From positions 2,269 to 66,268 of the forward strand of contig JAIEQI010000015.1 of assembly GCA_019747875.1 (NCBI GenBank): 64,000 nt of DNA, in the 5' to 3' direction. The position numbers and the translations under genes are program-made. Position 1 is the first letter of the stretch. The number at the start of each line of letters is the position of its first letter. Under the pieces are notes generated by a model. It saw only the letters and a list, made by a program, of their open reading frames with translations, was not told the DNA's origin and searched no databases. This DNA is from Candidatus Obscuribacterales bacterium. GTDB taxonomy: Bacteria; Cyanobacteriota; Vampirovibrionia; Obscuribacterales; Obscuribacteraceae. Below are positions 1 to 9,760 of this stretch, in pieces.

Positions 1-131
1 TAGATGTGTAACATGTCCTGCCCGCCGGCTCGGTTCATCTTGCCTGTGTTTACGATTTCCTTTTTCTTTGGAAGGGCTTTCTTATTGGCTCTTGTGAGAG
101 CGGACTTTTGGTTGCCATCGGTCTCATTCAT
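1..131 (-). CDS. Possible start of a small Lys-rich ORF that runs off the left edge (hypothetical)
   Basis: ATG at 131..129 is preceded by AGGA. It reads MNETDGNQKSALTRANKKALPKKKEIVNTGKMNRAGGQDMLHI with no stop before position 1. Same strand as the upstream genes. Too short for the supplied ORF track. Confidence 0.25.
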   Translation of the reverse strand, partial: MNETDGNQKSALTRANKKALPKKKEIVNTGKMNRAGGQDMLHI

Positions 132-209
132 GCGATTATTCCTGCCTATAAAGATCTATCGGGACCCTTGCAGCATAAATGAAGAATGTGAGGAATTCGT
201 CAGGAGCGA

Positions 210-1340
210 TTAGCGCGCTTCTACCGTCGACTTCAGCGGGACATGTATGATTCTGTTTCTATAGGAATCGTGTTCCTTCATCCAATCCTTGAAATAAGTA
301 TTTTCGTTCCTTTTGTCGAAGCTGGCGCCAATAGCCTCGGCTTCTTTCATCATGCGATCTCTCATCACTTTAAGATCGATTTTTCCACCGGGCTCCGCAT
401 AAGGACAGGTTTGGTTGAGAGTGAGGCTTATTGTTTCTTTGCCACGGTCCAACAATGTGTTTAGAAGTAGCAGTGCAGATAAGTAAAAGCGAAAACGCAT
501 CCACAGCTCTTTTGTATCCGTAGCCCATGAAAGGTGTGCTTCCAGAACCTTTGTAGCTTTTCCTAAGTTGTCGGTTAGAACGAGAAACTCGAGAGTTTGG
601 CTGGCGCCGCACAAAAAAGCCGGATTGTCGCGAATCATCGGATAACCTTTTCGGTGGTTTTGCATGGCTTCCTGATAGCGCCCCAAAAAGAATAATGGTT
701 TTAGCAGCCTTGCGTGTGTCGTGTGCGGCACGTGCATACAGCGTAGGGGTGTTTTCAATACAACATCACCGGCTTTGACGGCACCTTCATAGTCGCCGAA
801 AAATGTGTTCATTTCTACCAGATCGTCGACTTCACACGCCTCGCAGTCCGTAAGATCATCTCGATATGTCTTCTCCCATTCCCCCATCAAGCGTCGCGTT
901 TCACTCTTATCACCCATGGCGTAAGCGATCGAATAGCGCAGTTTCAGCTCTGACCGTTTTCCGGCTCCCCATGCCTCGTAACGACGCGCCATGTCATCGA
1001 GCATTTCGTAGATTTGCTGCTTTGAAAATTGTGGGAAGTTGGCGAGCTTGTCTATGATCCATTTTTGTCTCCAGAGAAGGTCGTGCTCCTCAAAGCGTTC
1101 TGGATCCTTATCAAACTGAGTTTGGCACCAGGCGAATGCGACCAGAGCTTTCTCGGGATAGCCGCCGAAAGTGCAGGCTTCTAGAAGGTTTAATCGAACC
1201 TGGTAGCTGGTTTCAACATCGTTCAACGCATCTGCAAGTCTTACGGCTTGCTCCATGACCCCAACTTTGGCCGGACCGTCCGGCATATCCATTGCTTCCT
1301 CGACTAAATCCCAAACTTCGTCATTATCAACTTCGCTCAT
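210..1340 (-). CDS. Hypothetical all-helical (TPR-like) protein with a Cys/His cluster, coupled to the HSP90-family gene
   Basis: 376-aa ORF with ATG at 1340, 6 nt after the upstream stop. A GGAG lies inside the end of the upstream gene. Contains DCEACEVDD and RCMHVPHTTH. No family recognised by eye. Confidence 0.7.
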   Translation of the reverse strand: MSEVDNDEVWDLVEEAMDMPDGPAKVGVMEQAVRLADALNDVETSYQVRLNLLEACTFGGYPEKALVAFAWCQTQFDKDPERFEEHDLLWRQKWIIDKLANFPQFSKQQIYEMLDDMARRYEAWGAGKRSELKLRYSIAYAMGDKSETRRLMGEWEKTYRDDLTDCEACEVDDLVEMNTFFGDYEGAVKAGDVVLKTPLRCMHVPHTTHARLLKPLFFLGRYQEAMQNHRKGYPMIRDNPAFLCGASQTLEFLVLTDNLGKATKVLEAHLSWATDTKELWMRFRFYLSALLLLNTLLDRGKETISLTLNQTCPYAEPGGKIDLKVMRDRMMKEAEAIGASFDKRNENTYFKDWMKEHDSYRNRIIHVPLKSTVEAR

Positions 1341-1346
1341 TCTGCT

Positions 1347-3170
1347 CTACTCCGTTTGAAATCTCAGACAGTATTCGATTAGCCCGATCATGCCATTGTT
1401 GAGCAACTCCTGCTCTTTGGCGTGTAAGGGATGATGACCCAAAAGAAGAGACTGCACATAAAGCATTTCGATTGTTTGTTGCAGCAGTTTCCGATCTTTG
1501 ATGCCGCACATTTTTTTGATTAGTGAATTGTCCAGATTGAAGCACAATTGGCTGTAGCCTCTGCCGATATCTTCGGCAACACCATCGAGGATGCCTGACC
1601 ACATGCTGTTTGCTTGGTCTTTCGTTTGTTCGATTGTTCTTTTGAAAAGCGCATCATCATTTGCACTGTAGAGTGCTGGCAGGTCGGACGGCTTAAACTT
1701 CTTCACCTCCGCTGCGCACTTGAACGGTTGTAATACAACGTCAGCAGTGCGAATCAGGTCAAACGATCTCTCTCGCTCATCGAAATCAAGATCTTCCAGT
1801 TGTTGTACCAGCATGCTAGGTTCAATGAGTTCAACTTCTAGATCTGGAAAAATGGCTGGAAGGCGTTCTAAAAGTTTACTGTCATATGCATAACCGGCAT
1901 TGATCAAGCAGATGCCCTGAGCTGCAGCGATTCTTGACACCTGGCGAAATTGATCGACATCGCGCACGTATTGAATAACGCCGCTTCTTTGTTTATATTC
2001 GGACAGAGTCATGAACCCCAACGAAGTTTGGAAAGGAAGTAAGTCTATGAAGAGCTTGTACAGCTCATCGTCCTGTATCGCGATCGCTTTGATGGCAAGG
2101 TAGTGTAACGAGATCAGTTTCTCTAAGCGAGGCAGATCATTCTCAGCTAGATCTACAAGATATCGCCGCAAGCAATTTCCTAGCTCCTCTCGCGCTTCCT
2201 CTAAGGCTTCATCTTCGTAGAAAGATTCTCTTGATGCCGTCGGACGTAAATCATTTGCGTTTAGGACGCATTTGACGAAAAATGCCCAATCAGGAAGCAG
2301 TCCCTCTGCGTGTTCTGAGAGCAGCATATGCTTCAAGTAAACTTTGTGAGTGCGCTTTCCAGTGAGGCTAGGCGCATATGGAAGCACGTAAGCAACTCCT
2401 TCGATTTTACCTACTTGCGATCGCAGTTCTATACAATCCAATGCCGAAATGTTGAATGTTTCTTCGCCATACTTTTTGAGAAAAGCGATTTTGTCTTTCT
2501 GGTTGAGAAACGCGCGTTCCCATGGCACGCCGCTTTCATTAATGATGTTTTTGCGCGTGCCATTTACTATCTTTATCGGATAAGGAAGTAAGCTGCCAAA
2601 ATGCTCGCAGAGTTCCCTTATTCTTGCTGGTGTGAAGAACTCGGCCGAATCTGCTTTAGCGGTCAGGTATACCTGAGTGCCCGGAGCTATGTCTTTATCC
2701 AAGATTTTGATCGAGTAAGTGCCATCACTGTGACCGCGCCATTCGACGGTTGGGCTGTCTGGTTTTATTGATTTTGTGATTACCACAATTTCTTGGCTGA
2801 CTACAAAGCAGGAGAGAAGCCCTACTCCGAATTGTCCGATGAAATCGGCAGTGCGTGTTAGCAGTTCGTCGCGGCGTTTACTGGTTTGTCCAATAGTTGC
2901 GAGAAAGCGATGAATTTCCTCTTCTTGCAACCCGATGCCATTGTCGATCACTACCAATGTGTGTGGACGTCCATCGACTTCGATTGCTTCGATGCTGATC
3001 TCGCCTTCGTGGTCAGGGTCTTCATTCCGTCTTGCACTGATTGCATCAACAGCATTCTGCAAGAGTTCTCGAACGAATACCTGCGGACCGCTGTATAGGT
3101 GATTCGACAGAAGATCAATAATCCCCGACAAATGCACCTGAAAATTATGCTTCACTGCCTTTTGAACCAT
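1347..3170 (-). CDS. htpG: HSP90-family molecular chaperone (divergent HtpG-like)
   Basis: GHKL N-terminus (VRELLQNAVDA, VIDNGIGL, IGQFGVGLLS) and overall collinearity with bacterial HtpG. 607 aa. ELLQNAVDA replaces the canonical ELISNASDA. Confidence 0.85.
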   Translation of the reverse strand: MVQKAVKHNFQVHLSGIIDLLSNHLYSGPQVFVRELLQNAVDAISARRNEDPDHEGEISIEAIEVDGRPHTLVVIDNGIGLQEEEIHRFLATIGQTSKRRDELLTRTADFIGQFGVGLLSCFVVSQEIVVITKSIKPDSPTVEWRGHSDGTYSIKILDKDIAPGTQVYLTAKADSAEFFTPARIRELCEHFGSLLPYPIKIVNGTRKNIINESGVPWERAFLNQKDKIAFLKKYGEETFNISALDCIELRSQVGKIEGVAYVLPYAPSLTGKRTHKVYLKHMLLSEHAEGLLPDWAFFVKCVLNANDLRPTASRESFYEDEALEEAREELGNCLRRYLVDLAENDLPRLEKLISLHYLAIKAIAIQDDELYKLFIDLLPFQTSLGFMTLSEYKQRSGVIQYVRDVDQFRQVSRIAAAQGICLINAGYAYDSKLLERLPAIFPDLEVELIEPSMLVQQLEDLDFDERERSFDLIRTADVVLQPFKCAAEVKKFKPSDLPALYSANDDALFKRTIEQTKDQANSMWSGILDGVAEDIGRGYSQLCFNLDNSLIKKMCGIKDRKLLQQTIEMLYVQSLLLGHHPLHAKEQELLNNGMIGLIEYCLRFQTE

Positions 3171-3347
3171 TTCTTGTTTATTCTCAACTCAATCTGACTG
3201 CATATGGCGCCGCCTATGCTTCGTTCCCCGGACCATGGGGACCCGAAACCTCTTATTGAATTGTGTCGATTGGTCAACTTATTGAAGTCCATCTGGCACT
3301 CAATGGTTTACGCTTTTACCCTGGCGAATGCTTGTAGCAGCATTTGT

Positions 3348-4340
3348 TTACTTTGGCACCTTGTAGACATCCACTTCTATTGGCTCGTCCAACTCGGCGA
3401 TCTTTTCGAAGCACTCAGTGCGCGGCAGGGTCGAATTCCAGGTACTGAAAGTCGCCCGCGGAGCTTGAAAATCTTTGATGAGAGTTCCCGCGTTGCCATA
3501 GTCCTGGCTGCGGTGAAAGATTTCCCGTAGTAGCGTAGGGGAAAGATTGTCATGGATGAAAACGAATTGCTCCTCGTTCAAATCTTCTGGCTTATCTAAC
3601 TTGCTGAGCAATTTTTTCATCAGGGTCTTGCGCAGTCCTTCATAGGCTTTGCGTTCTTCTACACGTCGGCTTTCTTCAATCATTTCGTTATCGACAGTCA
3701 TATTTGATGCAGCTGCTATTCGCCGAATCTCTTCCGCCGAGGCACCGCCTTTTGCGTTGCGCCAATCTTGTTCTTCTCTATACCCTCTTTCGAAAAGCTC
3801 CACAAATGTTTGGGCTGATGCCGCGATTGGTTGTTTTCGCGTTCGTTCGGATTTGAAAGTCTCAAGGACGAACTTCTTATGAACTTCTTCCGTAGAGCTA
3901 CCGGGCAAGTAGAATTTTTCCTGTCCGGGTTTGTGCTCCAGCTCACCTCCCAGTGGCGCGTTTGAGGCGGAAATTGATCCTTCATCGGCATAATAGGCAA
4001 CAAAATCGACCCAGTGATCGATCATTGGGTGTTCGTAAATTACAGCGATTTCGAACGCGCTGGTTTTCACAAATCCATTTAGGAATACACCAGGCATTTC
4101 ATCTATGGAAAAGACACCTATATCCGAGAATCCCTTGCTGCGCATAAACCCAGCGGCGGATGCATGTTTCTCTGTATTTTTCCACTTGTGCTCGTTAGCC
4201 GCTTGAAGGTGAATTTCCGGTGGGCTTGCAGTTTGTGCTAGTCGTTTGTATTTAGCTACTAGCAGAATAGTTCCGATAATCATAAACACAACAAAGAGCG
4301 CCGCCATCACACCCAGTATTGCCAATGCGATTTCCATCAT
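3348..4340 (-). CDS. Membrane-anchored hypothetical protein
   Basis: 330-aa ORF with an N-terminal TM helix (IALAILGVMAALFVVFMIIGTILLVA). The remainder looks soluble with no recognisable motif. Confidence 0.65.
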   Translation of the reverse strand: MMEIALAILGVMAALFVVFMIIGTILLVAKYKRLAQTASPPEIHLQAANEHKWKNTEKHASAAGFMRSKGFSDIGVFSIDEMPGVFLNGFVKTSAFEIAVIYEHPMIDHWVDFVAYYADEGSISASNAPLGGELEHKPGQEKFYLPGSSTEEVHKKFVLETFKSERTRKQPIAASAQTFVELFERGYREEQDWRNAKGGASAEEIRRIAAASNMTVDNEMIEESRRVEERKAYEGLRKTLMKKLLSKLDKPEDLNEEQFVFIHDNLSPTLLREIFHRSQDYGNAGTLIKDFQAPRATFSTWNSTLPRTECFEKIAELDEPIEVDVYKVPK

Positions 4341-4389
4341 GAACCTCGTGCTGCCACTGTTTGGAAATGTACCCTCACTGTATTGAATC

Positions 4390-4650
4390 TTATTTTTTCA
4401 TTCGAGCAATGCAAAGATGTTTGAGCATGGGGATCAGTCCGGAGTAGGTAAAACTTGGATCAACATAATGCTCCACAACATAGAACAAAAAGTAATAGAG
4501 CCGACAGAAAGACCAGACCGCTACAGTTACGAGAAAAACTGTTGTCCAGGAGCAATTTTGCAGAACTAAAAGCAAGGCAGCTCCTAAACCAGAAAGCAAA
4601 AACAGGAATGCTTTCAAACAAATCGCTCGCGGACTTTTTAAATCACCCAT
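4390..4650 (-). CDS. Small integral membrane protein (hypothetical)
   Basis: Hydrophobic ORF with 2-3 predicted TM helices. I prefer the ATG at 4650 (MGDLKSPRAICLKAFLF) to the track start at 4680. Confidence 0.45.
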   Translation of the reverse strand: MGDLKSPRAICLKAFLFLLSGLGAALLLVLQNCSWTTVFLVTVAVWSFCRLYYFLFYVVEHYVDPSFTYSGLIPMLKHLCIARMKK

Positions 4651-4766
4651 TGCTTGATCGCCAGCTCTTACTCGACACAAAAAAAATGCCCATAACGCTC
4701 GAGAAAATAACCGCAGGCTATTGTGTGGTCTGCGATCGTTGGCACCTGCTGTCTGTTTGCTTGCGG

Positions 4767-6023
4767 CTACTGAATTACGCCGAGTTTTTTGCCGGCTTTT
4801 GAAAAAGCTTCAAGGGCTCGGTCGAGGTCTTCGCGGCTATGCGCTGCCGAGATTTGCACGCGCAGTCTTGCTTCACCTTTAGGCACAACTGGATACCAGA
4901 GTCCGCGAACATATACGCCTAGATCTAAGAGCTCTTTTGACATGTCTTGCGCAACGGCTGCTTCGCCGAGCATTACCGGAACAATCGGGTGAACTCCTGG
5001 AAGAATAGTGAAACCGGCTTTGACGATCTCCGTTCTGAAATAATCGGTGTTGTCGTGCAGTTTTTGAACGAGTGAGTTGTCTCGCTTCAAAATCTCCAAG
5101 GCTTTCAAGGAAGCTGCAACTATGAATGGTGGCACAGTATTGGAGAATGTATAAGGGCGTGCTTTCTGTCTTAAGAAATCCACTAATTCGCGTCGTCCGG
5201 TGATGAAACCGCCAGCTGCACCGCCGAGGGCTTTTCCGAGAGTGCCAGAGATAACATCGATTTGACCGTGCACGCCTTGTTCTTCTGGTGTGCCCCGACC
5301 GGTTTTTCCAAGGACACCGGTTGAATGTGATTCATCGACGTAGAGCATTGCGTTGTGCTTTTTGGCAAGCTTAACCAGTTCCGGTAGGTGTCCTGTGTCG
5401 CCTTCCATACTGAATACACCATCGGTTGCGATAATCTTGATGCGATGGTTCTGTGCTTGATCTTCTTCCATCCACTGTGTCAATTGCGCAATGTCATTGT
5501 GTTTGTAGGCTCTGGCATCTGTCGTCTTAACAGCAATGCGGCAGAGCCTCACACCATCTATGATGCTGGCATGGTTGAGTTGATCGCTGTAAATCATGTC
5601 GCGATAATCTTTAAATCCGAGATCCGTACTCAGCATTGCATTGAAGAAACCTTCATTTGCAGCCCAGCAGGAGTTGAAGAGAATTGTATCTTCGGTGCCC
5701 AGGAAGTCGGCTAATTGTTCTTCCAATTCGCGATGCAGCGGTTGCGTTCCGCAAATGAAACGAACGGATGCTAGGCCGAATCCATACTCATTCAATCCCT
5801 TTCTCGCTGCTTCGCAAATCTCTGGATGATTTGAAAGTCCCAAGTAGTTATTAGAAGCGAGCATTACACAGTTTTTGCCGGAAACACTTACGACACCAGC
5901 TTGTTGCCCTTCCAGTGGAACTTCATACTTATACGTTTTTTCAGACTTAGCACGATCTAACTCGTCGTTTAGGAGCTTATAGAGCTTGTCGAGATGCTGT
6001 GTATTGCTTGTTGAAGCTGTCAT
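4767..6023 (-). CDS. kbl: 2-amino-3-ketobutyrate CoA ligase (glycine C-acetyltransferase)
   Basis: Alpha-oxoamine synthase fold with the PLP-lysine context [14 protein letters not shown]. Full-length collinearity with Kbl. Lies directly downstream of tdh. Confidence 0.9.
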   Translation of the reverse strand: MTASTSNTQHLDKLYKLLNDELDRAKSEKTYKYEVPLEGQQAGVVSVSGKNCVMLASNNYLGLSNHPEICEAARKGLNEYGFGLASVRFICGTQPLHRELEEQLADFLGTEDTILFNSCWAANEGFFNAMLSTDLGFKDYRDMIYSDQLNHASIIDGVRLCRIAVKTTDARAYKHNDIAQLTQWMEEDQAQNHRIKIIATDGVFSMEGDTGHLPELVKLAKKHNAMLYVDESHSTGVLGKTGRGTPEEQGVHGQIDVISGTLGKALGGAAGGFITGRRELVDFLRQKARPYTFSNTVPPFIVAASLKALEILKRDNSLVQKLHDNTDYFRTEIVKAGFTILPGVHPIVPVMLGEAAVAQDMSKELLDLGVYVRGLWYPVVPKGEARLRVQISAAHSREDLDRALEAFSKAGKKLGVIQ

Positions 6024-6172
6024 ATAACATTCCTATAGAGTGGTTGTCGTTGCCTTTGAGTTGCGAATGCAAACTTTCTGGTTTGGTTATTTTTCGAATC
6101 TGCTTATCTGTTGCTGCCTTTGATGTGGACCCTGAATTGGGCTTTTGTCGGGGCGCCGCTATGCGTCGCCCT

Positions 6173-7336
6173 CTATTTGCAAAGCGAGCCGTCAGGACTG
6201 AAGATCACTTTTAGTTCTTCGCCCGTGCTCAATACGTCAAAAGCTTCCTTATATTCTTCAAGCTTGTAGAATTTCTGAGCAACAACCTTTTCGAGTTTGC
6301 TCTTCAAATCCAGTCTATCTGAGCGGATTAGGCTCAACATCGTTTCCCAGGTTGAGAACATCTTTCGTCCAAATATGCCCTTGACGGTGACGCCTTTCCA
6401 GATGACACCATTGGCGATATCGAATTGCGGAAGCGGCTCGCGTGCGATACCAAGCAAGATTACTTTGCCACCATTCCTGACGATCTTGAATGCATCCTGA
6501 TAAGCCGGCAGTGAGCCTGACATTTCCAGCACCACATCCACACCGTTTGAATTGCTTTCCAGTTTGCCGATTAGTTCGTGTAATTTTGCAGAACCTTTTG
6601 ACACGTCGATGAAATGATCTGCGTGAAATTCGTTCGCTAATTTTTCTCTTCGTTCAAGATCTGCAGCCTCTGTGACGTAAATGCGAGTGGCGCCAAACGC
6701 GCGGCACAGGAATGTTGACATTAATCCCAGCGGTCCTGCGCCGAGAATGGCTACTGATTTGCCTGCCACGTCAGCTTCGGCGACAGTATGGACGGCGTTT
6801 CCAAAAGCATCAAGCATGGCGCCGATTCGCGGAGGAATCTGACTGGTATCACCATCTTTTCCAAGTAGTATCACGTTCTTGTAAGGAACAACTACGGATT
6901 GAGCAAAGCATCCATCCTGGTGCACGCCCTTTACTTTCGCTGATATACAAATGTGTTCATTACCTGTTCTGCAAAGCGCACAGTGGCCGCAAGAAAGATG
7001 CATCTCCGCAGTGACATAGTCACCGGCCTCTATAAGTAGATGCTTCGGCACATCGTTAGCCATCGCTTCCACGCCTGGTCCAAGCTCTTCAACTATTCCG
7101 CAAAACTCGTGCCCGACAACAATCGGTCTGTAGTTGTCGCCCTGTGGAAGATAGCGCTGCATTTCGCGACGAATGCCCTCGCTTTTTGTACTGTTGTATA
7201 TGCTTTTGTCTGTACCGCAGACCGCTGTGGCAAGTACACGTATCTTTACTTCTCCGAAGCCTGGTTTTGGCTGGTCCTGGTTTTCTCTGAGACTGAAACC
7301 CTCTTTATTTAGATCTTCTTTTACGAGACATTTCAT
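6173..7336 (-). CDS. tdh: L-threonine 3-dehydrogenase (Zn-dependent MDR family)
   Basis: Motifs GEVKIRVLATAVCGTD, GHEFCGIV, structural-Zn cluster CGHCALCRTG and GAGPLG Rossmann motif. Homology starts at MKCLVKE (ATG 7336); alternative ATGATG at 7393/7390. The track extension to 7690 is rejected. Confidence 0.88.
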   Translation of the reverse strand: MKCLVKEDLNKEGFSLRENQDQPKPGFGEVKIRVLATAVCGTDKSIYNSTKSEGIRREMQRYLPQGDNYRPIVVGHEFCGIVEELGPGVEAMANDVPKHLLIEAGDYVTAEMHLSCGHCALCRTGNEHICISAKVKGVHQDGCFAQSVVVPYKNVILLGKDGDTSQIPPRIGAMLDAFGNAVHTVAEADVAGKSVAILGAGPLGLMSTFLCRAFGATRIYVTEAADLERREKLANEFHADHFIDVSKGSAKLHELIGKLESNSNGVDVVLEMSGSLPAYQDAFKIVRNGGKVILLGIAREPLPQFDIANGVIWKGVTVKGIFGRKMFSTWETMLSLIRSDRLDLKSKLEKVVAQKFYKLEEYKEAFDVLSTGEELKVIFSPDGSLCK

Positions 7337-7414
7337 TGTGCCGTTGGTCTCCCTTGTGGCTCCTGTATTGGGCAAAGCCTCAGTTTGCATCATTATTATC
7401 CTTTTTAAGACGCT

Positions 7415-7456
7415 CAGGAGTTTGGCTGGGCTATTGCCCTTCTCAACTCCTCCGCT
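7415..7456 (+). repeat. Dispersed repeat family D, copy 1
   Basis: CAGGAGTTTGGCTGGGCTATTGCCCTTCTCAACTCCTCCGCT. Outer stem GGAGTT / AACTCC, inner stem GGGC / GCCC. A half copy (CGCCCCTCTCACTTCC) follows at about 7485..7500. Confidence 0.8.
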
Positions 7457-7754
7457 GTTTACCGGGACTTTTTGCGGGGCGATCGCCCCTCTCACTTCCA
7501 GCGCTATGAAGCGTTTTGAAGTTTGGGCTGGGGTCTTTCTGTTTTCTTTCGCTTGAATAGCGAATGTATTTGTAACAGATGCACAATTTACTTCACAACG
7601 GGTGAGAACTACAACCCATCTGTATTCACGCTGCTTTCCTTCTTCACATTCTGCAGAGCCGCATCTCCTTAGCGTTTCTTTAGTTGCCAAGCCGGTTTTG
7701 ACAAACTAGATTGGGTTGGTCTAAACAATTTCTTTATAATTTGAAGGTGCGGCA

Positions 7755-8099
7755 ATGGAATCACAAAACTTCTCGAATAACGGTTTCCCGGCGAGAGACA
7801 ATGGTCACGGATTTACTGAGAAGTCGCTGAGCACCATCGCCGAAAAATCTATTATTGAAACCATTCTCGACGGATGTGGTGGCATCGACGTCGAAAGCGA
7901 AAAGATGTCGGAAAGTGGCTTGCGATTCATTCGTTATTTGCTATCCATCTCACGCGCCGCCCGTTTTGGTTTCATTCCGAACTTTAGCGATCTCAATGCT
8001 ATTCGGGAAGTGGCCAGGCAATTTATTCGATACTCCGGCGGTGCCGCGATTGCTCTTTATACGATGAACGAGGTCTTGGAAGGCGAAGTGCCTGCCTAG
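7755..8099 (+). CDS. Hypothetical protein (114 aa)
   Basis: ORF only; divergent from tdh; no motif recognised. Confidence 0.4.
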   Translation: MESQNFSNNGFPARDNGHGFTEKSLSTIAEKSIIETILDGCGGIDVESEKMSESGLRFIRYLLSISRAARFGFIPNFSDLNAIREVARQFIRYSGGAAIALYTMNEVLEGEVPA

Positions 8100-8336
8100 A
8101 TCACAGCTTCTAAAAGTGCGCTAGTTAAGACCTGTAACCAGCTGACTTATATAGACGGATCTGGAGGAGCCGGGTCCTGCAGGCGAGAGTTGCTATGTGT
8201 AGATCCCGACCATTATGGGCTCGGTTATATCCTAGTGGGTTAAGCTAGGGCGGGCACGATTAACCTTCACGGCACTAAGAAGTAGATTGTTGGGCATATC
8301 TTCAGTGTGTCCAGTTCATCTGGTGCTGTTTAGCGA

Positions 8337-9359
8337 ATGAATGGCGAACCATCTCTTAGTAATACGTCGAAGGCGGGGCTTGCTTCCGGAAGCCTCATTG
8401 CGGGGCGTTACGAAGTTATCGCGGAGTTGGGGCGCGGCGGCATGTCAGTTGTCTACCTCTGTGTCGAGAAGATGCTTGACCGCCAGGTTGCAGTAAAGCT
8501 GTTTAATTTGCTTGAGGGCGAAAATTACTTTCTTGACCGCTTTCAGAAGGAAGCCCGTGCAATAAGTGCGCTTTCACATCCCAACATCGTAAAAGTGTTT
8601 GCTTCCGGAATCGATGGTCAGCATCCGTACATCGTCATGGAATATCTTAGTGGAGAAACGTTAGAAGACGTTTTAAAGCTAGGACCATTGATGCCGGATC
8701 GATTTATGTCGATCTTCGCGGTCGTTTGTGATGCAGTTATACATGCTCACGAGCAGCAAATCATTCACCGAGATTTGAAGCCCGCCAATATTATGCTCGC
8801 TAAAAGCGGTGATACCGGTAGCGGTGCTGTGAAGATTTTGGATTTTAGCGTTGCAAAGATTCTCAGTGACGATCCCACCATGGACAAGACCATTGGACTT
8901 GCTGGAACCCCTTATTACATGAGTCCGGAACAGTGCACCGGCGCACCGCTTGATGCTCGAAGTGACGTTTACTCTTTGGGCTGTCTCATGTATGAGTGCA
9001 TTACTGGTATTCGACCATTTGAAGGAGATAGCTCATTTAAGATCTTGTATGGTCATATGCATGAACCAGTTCCTCCATTTGCTGATCATGGTCACTCAAA
9101 GCTTTATTCAAAGGAACTGAAAGCACTCATCCAAAAATGTCTTTCGAAGAAGCCTGATGATCGTCCTCAGCATGTCGCCCAAGTAAAACAGAACTTAGAG
9201 TCGTACTCCACGGTGCAAACTTCTGCCGGTTCGCTTGTTACCGCAGCTATCACGACGAGTGCAGCGCAAACAACAATAGCAAGCAGCTTCCAAACGCCAG
9301 GTGCTGTGCTACGGGCACCAGGCTCCTCGTTGCATAACAGGAGAGATTTCTTTGCATAA
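8337..9359 (+). CDS. Hanks-type Ser/Thr protein kinase
   Basis: Gly-loop GRGGMSVVY, VAVK, HRDLKPANIM, ILDFS (DFS in place of DFG) and GTPYYMSPEQ. The low-complexity Ala/Thr/Ser tail overlaps the convergent ORF 9167..9760. Confidence 0.9.
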   Translation: MNGEPSLSNTSKAGLASGSLIAGRYEVIAELGRGGMSVVYLCVEKMLDRQVAVKLFNLLEGENYFLDRFQKEARAISALSHPNIVKVFASGIDGQHPYIVMEYLSGETLEDVLKLGPLMPDRFMSIFAVVCDAVIHAHEQQIIHRDLKPANIMLAKSGDTGSGAVKILDFSVAKILSDDPTMDKTIGLAGTPYYMSPEQCTGAPLDARSDVYSLGCLMYECITGIRPFEGDSSFKILYGHMHEPVPPFADHGHSKLYSKELKALIQKCLSKKPDDRPQHVAQVKQNLESYSTVQTSAGSLVTAAITTSAAQTTIASSFQTPGAVLRAPGSSLHNRRDFFA

Positions 9360-9760
9360 GGAATGGCCTCCTTATTTTTTCCGGCGGTTATGTAGAACGT
9401 GGCGATGGAATCGCAGATATTGGCAAGCCTCTCTTGCATCCCGACCTCAGAATCATGCTTCTTAAGATAACTAATACAGACCTCTGCGGCCGCATCGAAG
9501 TCACGGGTGTAGTTATAAGCCCATGCCAAATCGTTGATGTATTCGGCTTCCAAACCAGAGCCTTCGGATACGAACTTAGGATCGAGCCGCAGTTTATACA
9601 TCTCAATTCCTTCAGCTATTCGACCCACCTGGATAAGCTGGAAACCGCAATCTCTGTAGGCATCTACAAGTCCTTTATTGTTCTTTGTTTCCTTGCAGCG
9701 TTTGATAATTTGCTTATACTCTTTTATAGCTTCCTCTTTCCTCCCTTCACTCCAAAGCAT
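9167..9760 (-). CDS. TPR-like protein with a C-terminal TM helix (hypothetical)
   Basis: 197-aa ORF with helical-repeat character (EEAIKEYKQIIKRCKE, DFDAAAEVCISYLKK, NKEAIPYAKKSL) and a C-terminal hydrophobic helix WKLLAIVVCAALVVIAAV. Its 3' end overlaps the kinase 3' end by 193 nt. Confidence 0.55.
   Translation of the reverse strand: MLWSEGRKEEAIKEYKQIIKRCKETKNNKGLVDAYRDCGFQLIQVGRIAEGIEMYKLRLDPKFVSEGSGLEAEYINDLAWAYNYTRDFDAAAEVCISYLKKHDSEVGMQERLANICDSIATFYITAGKNKEAIPYAKKSLLLCNEEPGARSTAPGVWKLLAIVVCAALVVIAAVTSEPAEVCTVEYDSKFCFTWATC

Noticed and set aside
4-213. 69-aa plus-strand ORF at the window start
   Set aside because: Cys/Phe-rich with no RBS. The opposite strand shows a better small ORF start with an AGGA at 131.
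7479-7486. Cyanobacterial HIP1 (GCGATCGC) enrichment
   Set aside because: I found only four occurrences by eye (about 2080, 2418, 7479, 27385) in 64 kb. That is a mild excess at best and far below the roughly one-per-kb density of HIP1-rich genomes, so it is not usable as a lineage marker.
7337-7690. N-terminal 118-codon extension of the tdh ORF in the six-frame track
   Set aside because: Tdh homology starts at MKCLVKE (ATG 7336). The extension is Arg/Cys-rich with no homology signal and overlaps a family D repeat copy (7415..7456) and its half copy, so I treat it as leader or intergenic DNA.
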